From: a virus
Lineage: Duplodnaviria; Heunggongvirae; Uroviricota; Caudoviricetes
IMG/VR virus record: IMGVR_UViG_3300047470_000520
Length of the DNA: 62,326 nt
Direction: 5' to 3' (one strand)
Position 1 is the first letter of the stretch. Each line of letters starts with the position of its first letter. Shown in pieces: positions 18,559-28,041 of the stretch. The notes beneath the pieces are model-generated. The model saw nothing but the letters and a program-made list of their open reading frames with translations. It was not told the DNA's origin and ran no database searches. The translations under genes and the position numbers were made by a program.

Positions 18559-19599
18559 TTACAGACCTAGCGATTCTTCAAGATACCTCCCCTTGGAGCT
18601 CGTCAGGCCAAGGGCCGCTTCCGCTCGAAAGAGCGAGGCTTCAAAGGTGCGGATGGACATACGGTGAGGTTCCTGGTCTGCTCGCGCCGTAAGCTCACGG
18701 CTCCAGGTGATTTTGGCCACCTCAGGGGTGTGGTGGTAAACCGGTTCGCCACCCCTTCTTGGGATTGGAGTGTACTCAATCTCACCTAGCATGAATGGCG
18801 ACCCATCAAGCATCAGCATGACTTTGCTCATGAAGGGGTACTGCAGCCGCCTGGACATATCAAAGCCTTGCGGAAATGGAAAGCGCTTGCTCGGAAGCTT
18901 CAGGAACGCCCAGGCTTTTGCAATGGCAATCTCGGGAGTGCCAGCGCTGCCTACAAAGTGGTTGATCTGATTCTTGTCGCGGCGAATGACGATGCTGAAC
19001 TGTCGGCAGAAATCAGTTTCAGGCACAGGGGCTTTGGCCAGGTCGCAGTTGACCATGCGCCGGCCATCAAGCTCGAAAGACGCTGTTTTTGACCGCAAAT
19101 CCTCCGGCACTGCGAGATCAGGGGCCTTGTTGTCCATCAGCTTGCGTAGATTGAAGCCAAGGCAATACTTGAAAAAACCTTTGACGGCCTTTCTCGATTC
19201 AGGATCCATCTCGTTGTACATCTCGGCCAGTGAACGCCAATCGATGTTTTTGGATCTCTCTGCCATTTTCAGATGGAATGAGCTGCGCTGGTCACGGGTG
19301 TGTGCGTCGAACTGGGAGATATCCATGACCGAAGCATCATCCGCCAGCGCGTCCAGGTCTTCTGGGGTACGAATGTGCACGCCGCGATGGAAGGGCTTGA
19401 GGATCGCGAACAATGGAATGAACACCTCACGGGGCAACCGGCAGCCGTACATCTCCTCGGCAAAGCTGATGTTGGACGGATCGAGGTTTTTCTGGATTAT
19501 TGCTGAGCTGCTCGATCCAAAGAATACGGCGTAGATCCTGTCGATGTGGCAGTAATCATCAGGATGCGGTGTGCGGATGTGGCCTTGTGGCAAACTCAT
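18559..19599 (-). CDS. Divergent family B protein (SSKGRYLEESLGL)
   Basis: ORF track start is 19668; ATG 19599 (MSLPQG) has an AAGGA RBS. Retains IDWRSLAEMYN and the terminal motif. Confidence 0.85.
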   Translation of the reverse strand: MSLPQGHIRTPHPDDYCHIDRIYAVFFGSSSSAIIQKNLDPSNISFAEEMYGCRLPREVFIPLFAILKPFHRGVHIRTPEDLDALADDASVMDISQFDAHTRDQRSSFHLKMAERSKNIDWRSLAEMYNEMDPESRKAVKGFFKYCLGFNLRKLMDNKAPDLAVPEDLRSKTASFELDGRRMVNCDLAKAPVPETDFCRQFSIVIRRDKNQINHFVGSAGTPEIAIAKAWAFLKLPSKRFPFPQGFDMSRRLQYPFMSKVMLMLDGSPFMLGEIEYTPIPRRGGEPVYHHTPEVAKITWSRELTARADQEPHRMSIRTFEASLFRAEAALGLTSSKGRYLEESLGL

Positions 19600-19645
19600 C
19601 TTTGATCCTTTTCCTTCAATTGTCGTCAAACCGCCTGCGGTGCCT

Positions 19646-20719
19646 TTAGAGGCCGAGTGCATCCTCAAGATGGAATGCCTTGCTCCAGCTCACGCCGAGC
19701 AGCTTCTCGGTGGCGAACAGGGCCTTGCGAAAGCCTTGGTCGGTGAAGGGCTCCAATGTCTTCGCTGGGCCCCATTCCAGCCGGCAGTCACTTTCCGTGA
19801 TCGAGTCAGGCAGGGTCTTCAGATGTCGGCGAAGGTTGGCAATGGCCACCACCCTCGACGAGGTGTCGGTCTCGAAGTAGATGCACACCGCGCCGGATGT
19901 TTGCTTTTGGGGTTTGTCGATCACCTTCGGTTTACCGTCAGCGTCAAGAATAACGCCATTCTTACCGAGGGTGTAGGCGGTTGCCCTGGCGATAGCTTGT
20001 TCGAGAGTGCCGGCGTAGGCGATCACCGTGGGCTCTTGGGAAAATGACAGGGTCATGGTGACTTTGAACTGACGATGAAACCGGTCGTCACGCACCCAGT
20101 CCTTGGCGATGTCGCAGTGCACATACACGTCGCCATCGATTTCTTTGGTCTTGGTCGACAGCAGTGCCTCTGGCACCTTCATGTCGGGGGCTGCGCTCAT
20201 GAGCTCTTCCAGGCCAAAAAGCCGGAGGTTCACAAAGAACTCGCTCATGGCATTTTTCTGGTCATCCGGGGCGGCGTTGTACAGCCTGGCAATCTTGCGC
20301 CAGTCGGCATGCTGTTCGAAATTGGCGCCGATCAGCAAGAAGACCTTGAGTTGATCGTCAGTGAAATTATCGTGATCCTCATCAATCACGAAATACTCAC
20401 GAAATCCCTTGCTGGATTGTCGAGTGATCTTGTCCAGGTCATTGGTATTCAGGATGGTGCTTCCGGAAATATTGGGCCGGATGACCGAAAGAATAGCCTC
20501 GAAGTTTTCTTGGCTGAGTGCAGCAATGGTGTATAGGACGTCATCGCCCACCATGCCTGGCCATTTTGGAAGGTTCTTGCCAGGTTCTTCATCGGTGCAC
20601 AGTAAGCCGCCGCTGCGCTTCCAGGTTACCGTAGAGATTTGTTTGGATTCACTGAATTTGCTGTCGATGAAAGGCAGCTGTTCTGGTAGTGGGACGGTAA
20701 TGAGCCGTGGTACAGACAT
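19646..20719 (-). CDS. Family B hypothetical protein (WSKAFHLEDALGL)
   Basis: 357 aa; P.PE.LPFID subgroup. Confidence 0.9.
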   Translation of the reverse strand: MSVPRLITVPLPEQLPFIDSKFSESKQISTVTWKRSGGLLCTDEEPGKNLPKWPGMVGDDVLYTIAALSQENFEAILSVIRPNISGSTILNTNDLDKITRQSSKGFREYFVIDEDHDNFTDDQLKVFLLIGANFEQHADWRKIARLYNAAPDDQKNAMSEFFVNLRLFGLEELMSAAPDMKVPEALLSTKTKEIDGDVYVHCDIAKDWVRDDRFHRQFKVTMTLSFSQEPTVIAYAGTLEQAIARATAYTLGKNGVILDADGKPKVIDKPQKQTSGAVCIYFETDTSSRVVAIANLRRHLKTLPDSITESDCRLEWGPAKTLEPFTDQGFRKALFATEKLLGVSWSKAFHLEDALGL

Positions 20720-20799
20720 GGAGGCAAGATCCTTATGGCGATTTAAATGATGGCGACTGACCGCCAGTCCCTACAAGTACAGCCGGCGCAATCTGCAGG

Positions 20800-21828
20800 C
20801 TACATGCCCAGACCATCCTCAAGATGATGGACTTTACTCCACTGCTGGCCATACAGCTTTTCCACCGAGTACAGGGCAGAGCGAAATTCACGTTCTTTGA
20901 ACAGGGTGGACTTGTTGGGCCCCCACAGGAGCTTACAGTCTTTCTCCATCGTGGAGTCTGGCATCACCTTGATGCCACGGTGCAACTTTGCAGAAGCGAC
21001 CAGTTCAGAGGTAGCCCCGATTTCGGAATGAATCGACATCGTCAGCTTGTATTGATCTAGTTTGAGCTGCGACAACTTCATGCATTTGCCCATCGCGTCG
21101 ATCTCCGGGCCGTTACGAGAGATCGCGGATTGGGTGGCTTTGGCGATGGCTTGCTCAAGAGTGCCGGCATAGGCGAAGACGTGAGGCTCTTTGGCATAGG
21201 GGTCAACGTAAGACACGACAAATTGCCGGTGGAACAGATAGTCTTGCACCCATCGCTGACCGATGGGGCAGCGCACGAATGTCTGGCCATCGACTTCCTG
21301 GGTCTCCAGCGCCAGCAACGGATCTGGAAGTTTCCAGTCATAAGCACCGGTCTCCATCAAGTCATCCAGGTCATCAAGGTGTCGCCTGAACTCGTCAAAG
21401 AACTCGACCAGCGCCTCCTTCTGATCATCGGGGGATTCGTTGTACAGATGGGCGATCTTGCGCCAGTCCACCGCTTTCTCGCATTGGGCGCCGACCAGGA
21501 AGAAGGACTTGAGCTGCTCAAAATTGAAAAAATCGTACTCCGCAAGATGCTCGTGCTCGCGGGTGATCCGGTTTAATTCTTCGTGAGAGGTGATGGCCTG
21601 GCCAAGTACCGTTGGTTTAAAGAAGGTCAGCAAGGACTGGAAGGTCTCGCTACTCAGTCGTTCCAATATGCCCGGCATGTCGTCACTCGCGAAGTCCACC
21701 CCAAGCCAGGCACACGCAAGCACACCTTGTTCATCCGCCATAATGTGTTGATGTTTCTCGAAGGCGAAGTCTATGAACGGAAGGTTTTCTGGCACCGGGA
21801 CGGTGATGATGGGCGGAAAGTCAGCCAT
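20800..21828 (-). CDS. Family B hypothetical protein (WSKVHHLEDGLGM)
   Basis: 342 aa paralog. Confidence 0.9.
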   Translation of the reverse strand: MADFPPIITVPVPENLPFIDFAFEKHQHIMADEQGVLACAWLGVDFASDDMPGILERLSSETFQSLLTFFKPTVLGQAITSHEELNRITREHEHLAEYDFFNFEQLKSFFLVGAQCEKAVDWRKIAHLYNESPDDQKEALVEFFDEFRRHLDDLDDLMETGAYDWKLPDPLLALETQEVDGQTFVRCPIGQRWVQDYLFHRQFVVSYVDPYAKEPHVFAYAGTLEQAIAKATQSAISRNGPEIDAMGKCMKLSQLKLDQYKLTMSIHSEIGATSELVASAKLHRGIKVMPDSTMEKDCKLLWGPNKSTLFKEREFRSALYSVEKLYGQQWSKVHHLEDGLGM

Positions 21829-21917
21829 GCGCGTAGCTCCTTAAGGCATGCATCCAGTATCGAGTATGAGCATTCGGCCCGGCAAATTGAAGTGCTCGGC
21901 GGGCGTGCTGCAACGGC

Positions 21918-22895
21918 CTACAGGCCCAGTGCATCCTCAAGGTGGTACACCTTGCTCCAGCTCACGCCGAGCAGCTTCTCGGTGGCATAGAGCGCCTTCT
22001 TGAACTCCCTGTCAGTGATTCTATTGCTGATGCAGTCGCTCCACTGCAATGAGTTGCTCAGAGACTTATGGTCAGCCTGGGCGATGAGTTGACCGTCCAG
22101 ATGAATCTTCACCCCGGTAGGGCGACCGCCAACAATCGTAAAGTTACCCAGTGCGTCGATACCCCTATTGAGCGGGTCGCCTTGGCTAATGGTGTAGAGA
22201 CTTACTTTGGCAATGGCTTCTTCAAGTGAGCCGGCATAGCCAACGGTGGTTTGATAGTCGCCCACTATTTCGGTTGATGAGACACGAAACTGTCGTTGAA
22301 ACGCATCATCTCTCAGCCAGGCACTGGCCATGCGGCAGTAAATGAAGGTCTCGTCGCCGTCCTTTCGGAGCTCATTTTTTGCAATCAAATCAGCCGGAAC
22401 CGGCAGATCAAATCCTTTTTGCATGAATAGTTTTTCAACGCTGGTGCGATGAAATTCCCAGAAAAACCAGTCGATGTGATTTTGCTCAGTCGACTTGCTC
22501 TCATTGAACAGGCGGGCCATGGAGCGCCAGTCAATGTGTTTTGGGAAAGTGGCCTGGTGCAGAAACAACGCCTGCAGATGCTCGTCGGTGTAACCCTCAA
22601 TATTCTCCTCTTCGAACTCCTCGACGAACGCGGCCTTATTGTTCTGGGTGCAGAGCACCAGCGCTTCCACGTCTTTGACGACAACCCCCTTGATCTCGGG
22701 CAGCAAGATCCCCAGAAGCTTCGACATCACCGTCGTGTCGACCGCATCGAATGCCTCAATCAGATCGTCACCAATCATCCCCGGCCAGTCTTCGACATCC
22801 CATTCTTCATCGACGACCTTGGTGGCGGCAAAGGCGCTGTCGATAAACGGCAGGTTCTCTGGCAGAGGAATTTCGAGAGCATTGGGTACGGGCAT
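21918..22895 (-). CDS. Family B hypothetical protein (WSKVYHLEDALGL)
   Basis: ORF track start 23072 overlaps the next gene; MPVPNALEIPLPENLPFID at 22895 matches paralogs. Confidence 0.9.
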   Translation of the reverse strand: MPVPNALEIPLPENLPFIDSAFAATKVVDEEWDVEDWPGMIGDDLIEAFDAVDTTVMSKLLGILLPEIKGVVVKDVEALVLCTQNNKAAFVEEFEEENIEGYTDEHLQALFLHQATFPKHIDWRSMARLFNESKSTEQNHIDWFFWEFHRTSVEKLFMQKGFDLPVPADLIAKNELRKDGDETFIYCRMASAWLRDDAFQRQFRVSSTEIVGDYQTTVGYAGSLEEAIAKVSLYTISQGDPLNRGIDALGNFTIVGGRPTGVKIHLDGQLIAQADHKSLSNSLQWSDCISNRITDREFKKALYATEKLLGVSWSKVYHLEDALGL

Positions 22896-22962
22896 GGGAT
22901 TGTCTTCGATCAATGAAAGATTTTTTACATTATTGACAATGAGTGCAGGAGGCCACAAACAG

Positions 22963-23967
22963 TCAAAGGCCCAGGGCGCCTTCCAGATCACGCACCTTGC
23001 TCCACTGAACACCCAGCAGCTTCTCGGTGGAATACAGCGCTGCCCGCAGCACCTTCTCGTCGATGGCCCCATTTTTAATGAGACTCCACTCCAGGCGGCG
23101 AGGCGTCGAGGTGTTCATGTGATTGATTTCAGCGCTGCCCAGCAGCGAATGTCTTCTGCGTAGAGTAAGTGTAAAAGGCCGGCCTCCAGCAGTATTCACC
23201 ATGCCAAAGGGGTCGACCTGGTTAGGCGCAGGATTGTTTTTGCTCATGGCATACAGGGTGGCCTTGGCAAACGCTTGCTCAAGCGTTCCTGAGAACCCGA
23301 GGAACGCATCCCCCTCGGTGGTGTAATGATCGCGGACACGCACCACAAACTGGCGATAGAACGCCTCCTCGCGCATCCAGGCATTGGCAATGTTGCAGTA
23401 AACAAAGCGCTCATCCCCGTCCTGGAGAACCTCGTCTTTTGAGTACAAAACAGACGGGACGGGCAGATCCATGGATTTTGTATTGAGAAGGTATACGACA
23501 CCTTTTTCACAGAATTCCCAGAAAAACCGGTCTATGGCGCTTTTTTGGTCGACTAAGGCCTCATTGAAGACATCGGCGACTTGGCGCCAGTCAATGTGCT
23601 CTGGAAAAGTGGCTCGCTGAAGGAGGTAGAGCTGAAGGTGCTTACTGTCGAGGCTGGCCAGGCTGTCGAGCTCGGATTCGCCTAGATAATCTTCCAGGCT
23701 CTCCCGGTCAATCCTGTCCAAGTCCTCAGCGCTTTGGATCAACTTTCCGCCTATTATCGGCTGCATGGCCTTAAACAGGCCCGATACCACCGATGAGGAA
23801 AGGCATGCGAAGGCAATGTCCAGATCAACTGCCACACCGGTGACCCATGCGTCCAGCCGCCAGTCATCATGCCGAACTGCTTTCGCAAAGGCACGGTCGA
23901 TCATCGGCAGGTTTTCAAGCGTTGGGGTTTCGATCTGACTAAGAACTGACATAGGCGAAATCCGCAT
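22963..23967 (-). CDS. Family B hypothetical protein (WSKVRDLEGALGL)
   Basis: 334 aa; first gene of the array in transcription order. Confidence 0.9.
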   Translation of the reverse strand: MRISPMSVLSQIETPTLENLPMIDRAFAKAVRHDDWRLDAWVTGVAVDLDIAFACLSSSVVSGLFKAMQPIIGGKLIQSAEDLDRIDRESLEDYLGESELDSLASLDSKHLQLYLLQRATFPEHIDWRQVADVFNEALVDQKSAIDRFFWEFCEKGVVYLLNTKSMDLPVPSVLYSKDEVLQDGDERFVYCNIANAWMREEAFYRQFVVRVRDHYTTEGDAFLGFSGTLEQAFAKATLYAMSKNNPAPNQVDPFGMVNTAGGRPFTLTLRRRHSLLGSAEINHMNTSTPRRLEWSLIKNGAIDEKVLRAALYSTEKLLGVQWSKVRDLEGALGL

Positions 23968-23991
23968 TTGTTTTTCGCATTATTGACTTAA

Positions 23992-24031
23992 AGCGTCAGC
24001 ACCGACAATTGAAAGACTGGGTGCTGACGCT
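23992..24031. repeat. Perfect 12 bp inverted repeat, 16 nt spacer (possible terminator)
   Basis: AGCGTCAGCACC (23992-24003) / GGTGCTGACGCT (24020-24031), just downstream of the 24051 stop. Confidence 0.7.
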
Positions 24032-24050
24032 CGAAGTTCAGTGACCGCTC

Positions 24051-24242
24051 TTAGTGAAGGCGGGCCACTGGGGTGTATGGCTGAGTTGTTAATTGTGCAA
24101 TCAACGGCTGTTCAACTTTTGGAGCGTAGATTGGGGACAGTCTCATGACGTCGGCGCCCACGCTGATCTGGCTGAACACGAAGCACTGGAGAAAGATGCC
24201 GACAGCGAGGAGGAGAGTCAGGTTTTTCAGGTTGATGGACAT
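24051..24242 (-). CDS. Small protein with N-terminal hydrophobic segment
   Basis: 63 aa, MSINLKNLTLLLAVGIFLQCFVF. Confidence 0.55.
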   Translation of the reverse strand: MSINLKNLTLLLAVGIFLQCFVFSQISVGADVMRLSPIYAPKVEQPLIAQLTTQPYTPVARLH

Positions 24243-24421
24243 TGCAAACTCAGTTGGCGTAATTCGGTTTTTATATGAAAAACACCCCCGTCATGGAGGT
24301 GTTTTGGGATCTTGTTTGAGCGCGTGAATATTGATGCTAAATTGACAAAAAGTCAATCTTGAAAACGTGAGATTTCAGGTGTTTTCCGATGTGCGGTAGG
24401 AACTTACGACTGACCAAATGG

Positions 24422-24790
24422 TCAGATCCGACCATTTCGAATGCTGGCTTGATAGTCAAGCTCGGAAAACGAGTTGGGCTTTGGAATGTAGCCACAACGC
24501 GCCCGGAGAATGCCGATGTCGTGAGCGCGTTCGCGGAAGATCTCACGCTCATCTTCATTAAACTTATGGCCCTCGTTGAGCAGCAGCGTGTCTGCGGCGT
24601 ATTGAGCCTCCAGTGAAGCCAGGCGGATGCGGTCGAGGGATTTTTGAGAGTGCACAGAGAGGGCTTCAAGGCCGATGATTGCAGCAGCCAAAAGCATGCC
24701 GGCAGCCAAAAACGGGGAACTGCCTGCTGGAGCAAGGAGCTGGAACAAGCCCATAACGGTAAGAAAGACGCAGAGCATGAAGCTAATCAT
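24422..24790 (-). CDS. Small membrane protein (two TM segments)
   Basis: 122 aa; coupled by 4 nt overlap. Confidence 0.7.
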   Translation of the reverse strand: MISFMLCVFLTVMGLFQLLAPAGSSPFLAAGMLLAAAIIGLEALSVHSQKSLDRIRLASLEAQYAADTLLLNEGHKFNEDEREIFRERAHDIGILRARCGYIPKPNSFSELDYQASIRNGRI

Positions 24791-24963
24791 TGATCATTCT
24801 CGCTGATAGGGGTGGCATCCATGGCGGCGTCGTCCGGATCAGCCATCGTGGCCATAAGATCCAGGCGCGCAGGGGGCGCTGATTCAATCACGATCACCGT
24901 GATCAAGGCAAGGACGGCGACGAGGCTGAGGATGTAGGTCGTGAAAGAGGCGACCATTTTCAT
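24787..24963 (-). CDS. Small single-TM protein
   Basis: Start moved to MKMVASF (24963), giving 4 nt overlaps on both sides. Confidence 0.6.
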   Translation of the reverse strand: MKMVASFTTYILSLVAVLALITVIVIESAPPARLDLMATMADPDDAAMDATPISENDQ

Positions 24964-25364
24964 GAAGTTGACTCCACGGGGGTGAAACGAATGCCTGAAA
25001 CGTACAGACCGATCACTGCTGCCAGACCTGTGAGCGTAAAGAGTATCGACAGCGCCGTCAGTGTATTCTCGATCAGGCCGACAAACAGAATGAGGCCACA
25101 ACCGATCAAGGCGCCAGTCAGTAATGCCATTAGCATCGACGCAAGGCCAATCTTGGGTTCATTTGACAGAGAGAGTCGGACTTTCTTAAGCAGTCGCGTG
25201 GCGCCGATCAGCAAGAAAGCAAGCGCCGCTATCATCAGCCCAAGGCATCCGCCAATTGCAACAGCGAAACCCTCTGATAAGGGGCCCTGTGCGGCAAATA
25301 GCTGCTCACCAAGATGATCCAGGGCAAAGTTGAAAAACTCCAAGCCCACCGTTTCACTCGGCAT
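24960..25364 (-). CDS. Membrane protein (about 3 TM)
   Basis: 134 aa with hydrophobic segments. Confidence 0.75.
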   Translation of the reverse strand: MPSETVGLEFFNFALDHLGEQLFAAQGPLSEGFAVAIGGCLGLMIAALAFLLIGATRLLKKVRLSLSNEPKIGLASMLMALLTGALIGCGLILFVGLIENTLTALSILFTLTGLAAVIGLYVSGIRFTPVESTS

Positions 25365-25376
25365 GATTAATTTCCT

Positions 25377-25643
25377 TCAATTGTCATGTTCATTTAATAC
25401 TAGATCAGATTCCTCGGGATGCATCCGGTCAAACGCAGCTTTTGGATTGTCTGCTGCCAATTGCGCAAGATCAGGCGCCAGAATGTTGAGGACATCCCAT
25501 GCCTGCGCCTTGGCTTTGCGAGACTCATCGAAATACTGGATTGAGACCAGACCTTGAAGCGCGAGCTTAAGGCGTTCATCGGTCAGCTCGGGGATCTCGG
25601 CGAGCGGCACGTAGGCGATGCCGTCAACGGTAACTGCGGGCAT
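25377..25643 (-). CDS. Hypothetical protein
   Basis: 88 aa in an operon-like run. Confidence 0.7.
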   Translation of the reverse strand: MPAVTVDGIAYVPLAEIPELTDERLKLALQGLVSIQYFDESRKAKAQAWDVLNILAPDLAQLAADNPKAAFDRMHPEESDLVLNEHDN

Positions 25644-25657
25644 GTGAGTAACTCAGA

Positions 25658-26005
25658 TTAAGACTTTTGCTCAGCCACGACAGCCGGCGCCGGTTGTGCT
25701 TCAGTATTTTCAGGTTTATTGCCAATCGCACAGGTTTTGCCGATGTCTTTGATGATGATCCGGCTCGGTCTCACCGCGATTGTCTCGTAGCTAGACGTGC
25801 ACTTCACTGTGCGCCCATCGGCGTAGACGGTATCGAACTCAACGTCGACCTTACCATCGGCGTGGTAGATCGTTTGCGTGATCGTCTCCTTGGGCGCCGG
25901 ATCCGCCAGCCAGGCAGTGATGAAGCACCCGCCGATGATGGCCAAGAGGCAGGCTGCGCGAATTTTAAGAACTGTGCCGTTACTCACAGCGTCGATGTGA
26001 AGCAT
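25658..26005 (-). CDS. Exported/anchored protein, paralog 1 of 3
   Basis: TM, then PKET..Q..Y..DG...V...DG....C and a second Cys. Confidence 0.75.
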   Translation of the reverse strand: MLHIDAVSNGTVLKIRAACLLAIIGGCFITAWLADPAPKETITQTIYHADGKVDVEFDTVYADGRTVKCTSSYETIAVRPSRIIIKDIGKTCAIGNKPENTEAQPAPAVVAEQKS

Positions 26006-26021
26006 GGTGTATTTTTCTCCG

Positions 26022-26333
26022 TCAGTTAATTTGTGATGAATTCTGCCTGGCCACAGGGGTGCAGGACGTTATGTCCGGCCTCATGTGAACACGGTACGAG
26101 TTTGCAAGGGTGGTCTTGAAAAACGATGAGCACCGCTCTACTTCGCCATCATGGTGAGTAACCACGTAGTCAGCCTTTGCGGTGCCATCGCTATTGTAAA
26201 CGATTTGGAAGGCTGACTCCTGCGGCAAAAGCGCACTGCTCCAGACGGATAAACCTAGGGCCAGGGATACGCCGGCAATAGGTGCAGAGACCGCCTTAAT
26301 GGTGCTCCACGTGATTTCAGAAATCCCGGCCAT
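26022..26333 (-). CDS. Exported/anchored protein, paralog 2 of 3
   Basis: PQESAFQIVYNSDG...DGEVERCSSF...TSC. Confidence 0.75.
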   Translation of the reverse strand: MAGISEITWSTIKAVSAPIAGVSLALGLSVWSSALLPQESAFQIVYNSDGTAKADYVVTHHDGEVERCSSFFKTTLANSYRVHMRPDITSCTPVARQNSSQIN

Positions 26334-26357
26334 TCAAGTAATCCTTTACTGATTTTG

Positions 26358-26729
26358 TTATTCAGCATGTGCCTGAATGGTTTTATCGAGCATTGCGGGT
26401 GTATTGTCATATTCGCAGTTCTTGCTGACGGCCACCAGGCGAACGCTGTCGGTACTGTCGGCAATCGCGCTAAAGCGAGCCGAGCATTTCTCCACCACGC
26501 CAGTTCGAGGGTGAAGGACTTCTGAATCGATTGTCACGCTGCCATCACTGCCGTAGGTGGTTTGGATAACAGTTTCCTTCGGCATGATCGAGAACACCCA
26601 GGTAGCACCTGTTGCTCCAGCGGCACCAAGGATGAGGAGGGCAAGTACGATCTTGGCGACCCTGAAATCAATCATGGGGTCGATTATTGGCATATTCCGC
26701 ATACGTATTCCTTTGTGTGGTGAGATCAC
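26358..26729 (-). CDS. Exported/anchored protein, paralog 3 of 3
   Basis: PKETVIQTTYGSDG...VVEKCSARF...KNC. Confidence 0.75.
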   Translation of the reverse strand: MISPHKGIRMRNMPIIDPMIDFRVAKIVLALLILGAAGATGATWVFSIMPKETVIQTTYGSDGSVTIDSEVLHPRTGVVEKCSARFSAIADSTDSVRLVAVSKNCEYDNTPAMLDKTIQAHAE

Positions 26730-27046
26730 ATGGCCTGGAGTTTACTGCAGAGCGATCTGACGCCTTCAATCTCGGCGTAAATGCCTTTTTTGCCTTGGTA
26801 TAGCACCTCGACAAACAACCATCGGCTTCCGATGCGTAGCTTTCCCCATGAACTGCAGCGCTTTGAAACGTAGAGCATTGGATACTCGTTACCGGCGTCA
26901 TCGCGCAAGCTCACCTTGAAGCGTTTAGGTTGCTTGACCTCGGTGACCTCATACCATTTCTCTGTTTTGGATATCACAGGGTCTTTTTCACAACCGCTTA
27001 GCAGTAGGCCGGCGATCAGTGCAAAAGCTACGCTTGTCTTTTTCAT
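26726..27046 (-). CDS. Lipoprotein
   Basis: MKK + hydrophobic stretch + LLSGC lipobox. Confidence 0.75.
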   Translation of the reverse strand: MKKTSVAFALIAGLLLSGCEKDPVISKTEKWYEVTEVKQPKRFKVSLRDDAGNEYPMLYVSKRCSSWGKLRIGSRWLFVEVLYQGKKGIYAEIEGVRSLCSKLQAM

Positions 27047-27065
27047 CGCAGAAATTCCTGGTTGA

Positions 27066-27314
27066 TCAATGGTAAAACTTCGAGATTACGGTTGCACCCA
27101 CCATCATCAACATGGGCACGAGGAGGCCAGCACCCAGGCAGATGACAGCGGTACGGTAAAAACTGTCGGATTGGCGTTGGCGCTCTGGCGCGGTTGCGTC
27201 GTAATGCGCAAGCCATTCCCTTCTCTCCTCGGGGGAGCATTGGTCTGCTGGCTTGTCAGGCATTTTCCACGGATCAATCACGGGTTTTCCTTTGAATTGA
27301 TTGAGCTGGCTCAT
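27066..27314 (-). CDS. Small protein with C-terminal TM
   Basis: 82 aa, 4 nt overlap with the upstream gene. Confidence 0.65.
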   Translation of the reverse strand: MSQLNQFKGKPVIDPWKMPDKPADQCSPEERREWLAHYDATAPERQRQSDSFYRTAVICLGAGLLVPMLMMVGATVISKFYH

Positions 27315-27709
27315 TGATGCGCCGACTTGGATTTGTTGTTTTTGACGATGTACTGATCCATGCCTTCGATGGTCAGCTCAACGAAATAACGCAGTTTGCG
27401 CTTGGCCTCGGTGTCCACCAGCATCCGGCGAGCAATGCAGGTCAGCATGTCCCATGTCTTCATCAGGCTTTTCTGCAGGGCCGCGAGCGCTTCATGCTCC
27501 GGCTTGTTCAGGCAGGTCGAGCGCAACTGACCGGACTTCTTGGCCACGGCCAGTGCGTCCTGCTGGATCTTCGTAAGCTTCTTGCTGCCTTCAACGTCCA
27601 GCGCATTCGCCGCGCCGACCAGCACCTTGCTGGCATTCAGAAGGCAGTCGCTGAGTTCTTGTAGGGCCGGGTTTTTGATCACAAACGGCTGCGCTTTTTC
27701 TTCCATCAC
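27311..27709 (-). CDS. Helical hypothetical protein, paralog of C-terminal half of 28013..28630
   Basis: PALQELSDCLLNASKVL..AANALDV versus PALKNLSDCLKEACQVI..AAKALDI. Confidence 0.75.
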   Translation of the reverse strand: MMEEKAQPFVIKNPALQELSDCLLNASKVLVGAANALDVEGSKKLTKIQQDALAVAKKSGQLRSTCLNKPEHEALAALQKSLMKTWDMLTCIARRMLVDTEAKRKLRYFVELTIEGMDQYIVKNNKSKSAHQ

Positions 27710-28041
27710 GATTCGTGTCCTTTGTTGATTTCTTTCATTTTTTTAGTCAGGTCTCGATTCATTTTTACGGCGATGATCGAGAGGAATAACGCGAACAAGG
27801 AAAACAGCAACAGCAGGACATTCAGACGTGACTGCGCTGCCTGGAACCCTTCGCTATAGCAAATGGTGGCGAAGCTCAAGGTCGGAGGCAGCAGGCCGAA
27901 GAGCGAGAATCGCAAAGCCCAGCGGCTGAGCGTATCGCCCATGAAAGTAGGGCGTTTCTTGGCCCTGCGGGCTTTGAGGCGTTCACGCAGTTTAGAAAAG
28001 GCTTTGATCATGTTATTCCTGCTCATCTTTCTGAAAGGCAT
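27706..28041 (-). CDS. Two-TM membrane protein
   Basis: Basic N-terminus and two hydrophobic helices. Confidence 0.65.
   Translation of the reverse strand: MPFRKMSRNNMIKAFSKLRERLKARRAKKRPTFMGDTLSRWALRFSLFGLLPPTLSFATICYSEGFQAAQSRLNVLLLLFSLFALFLSIIAVKMNRDLTKKMKEINKGHES

Noticed and set aside
994-23967. Shufflon, integron or DGR explanation for the repeated gene ends
   Set aside because: Synonymous variation at the motif, no attC-like or sfx inverted sites seen, and no integrase or reverse transcriptase in the window.
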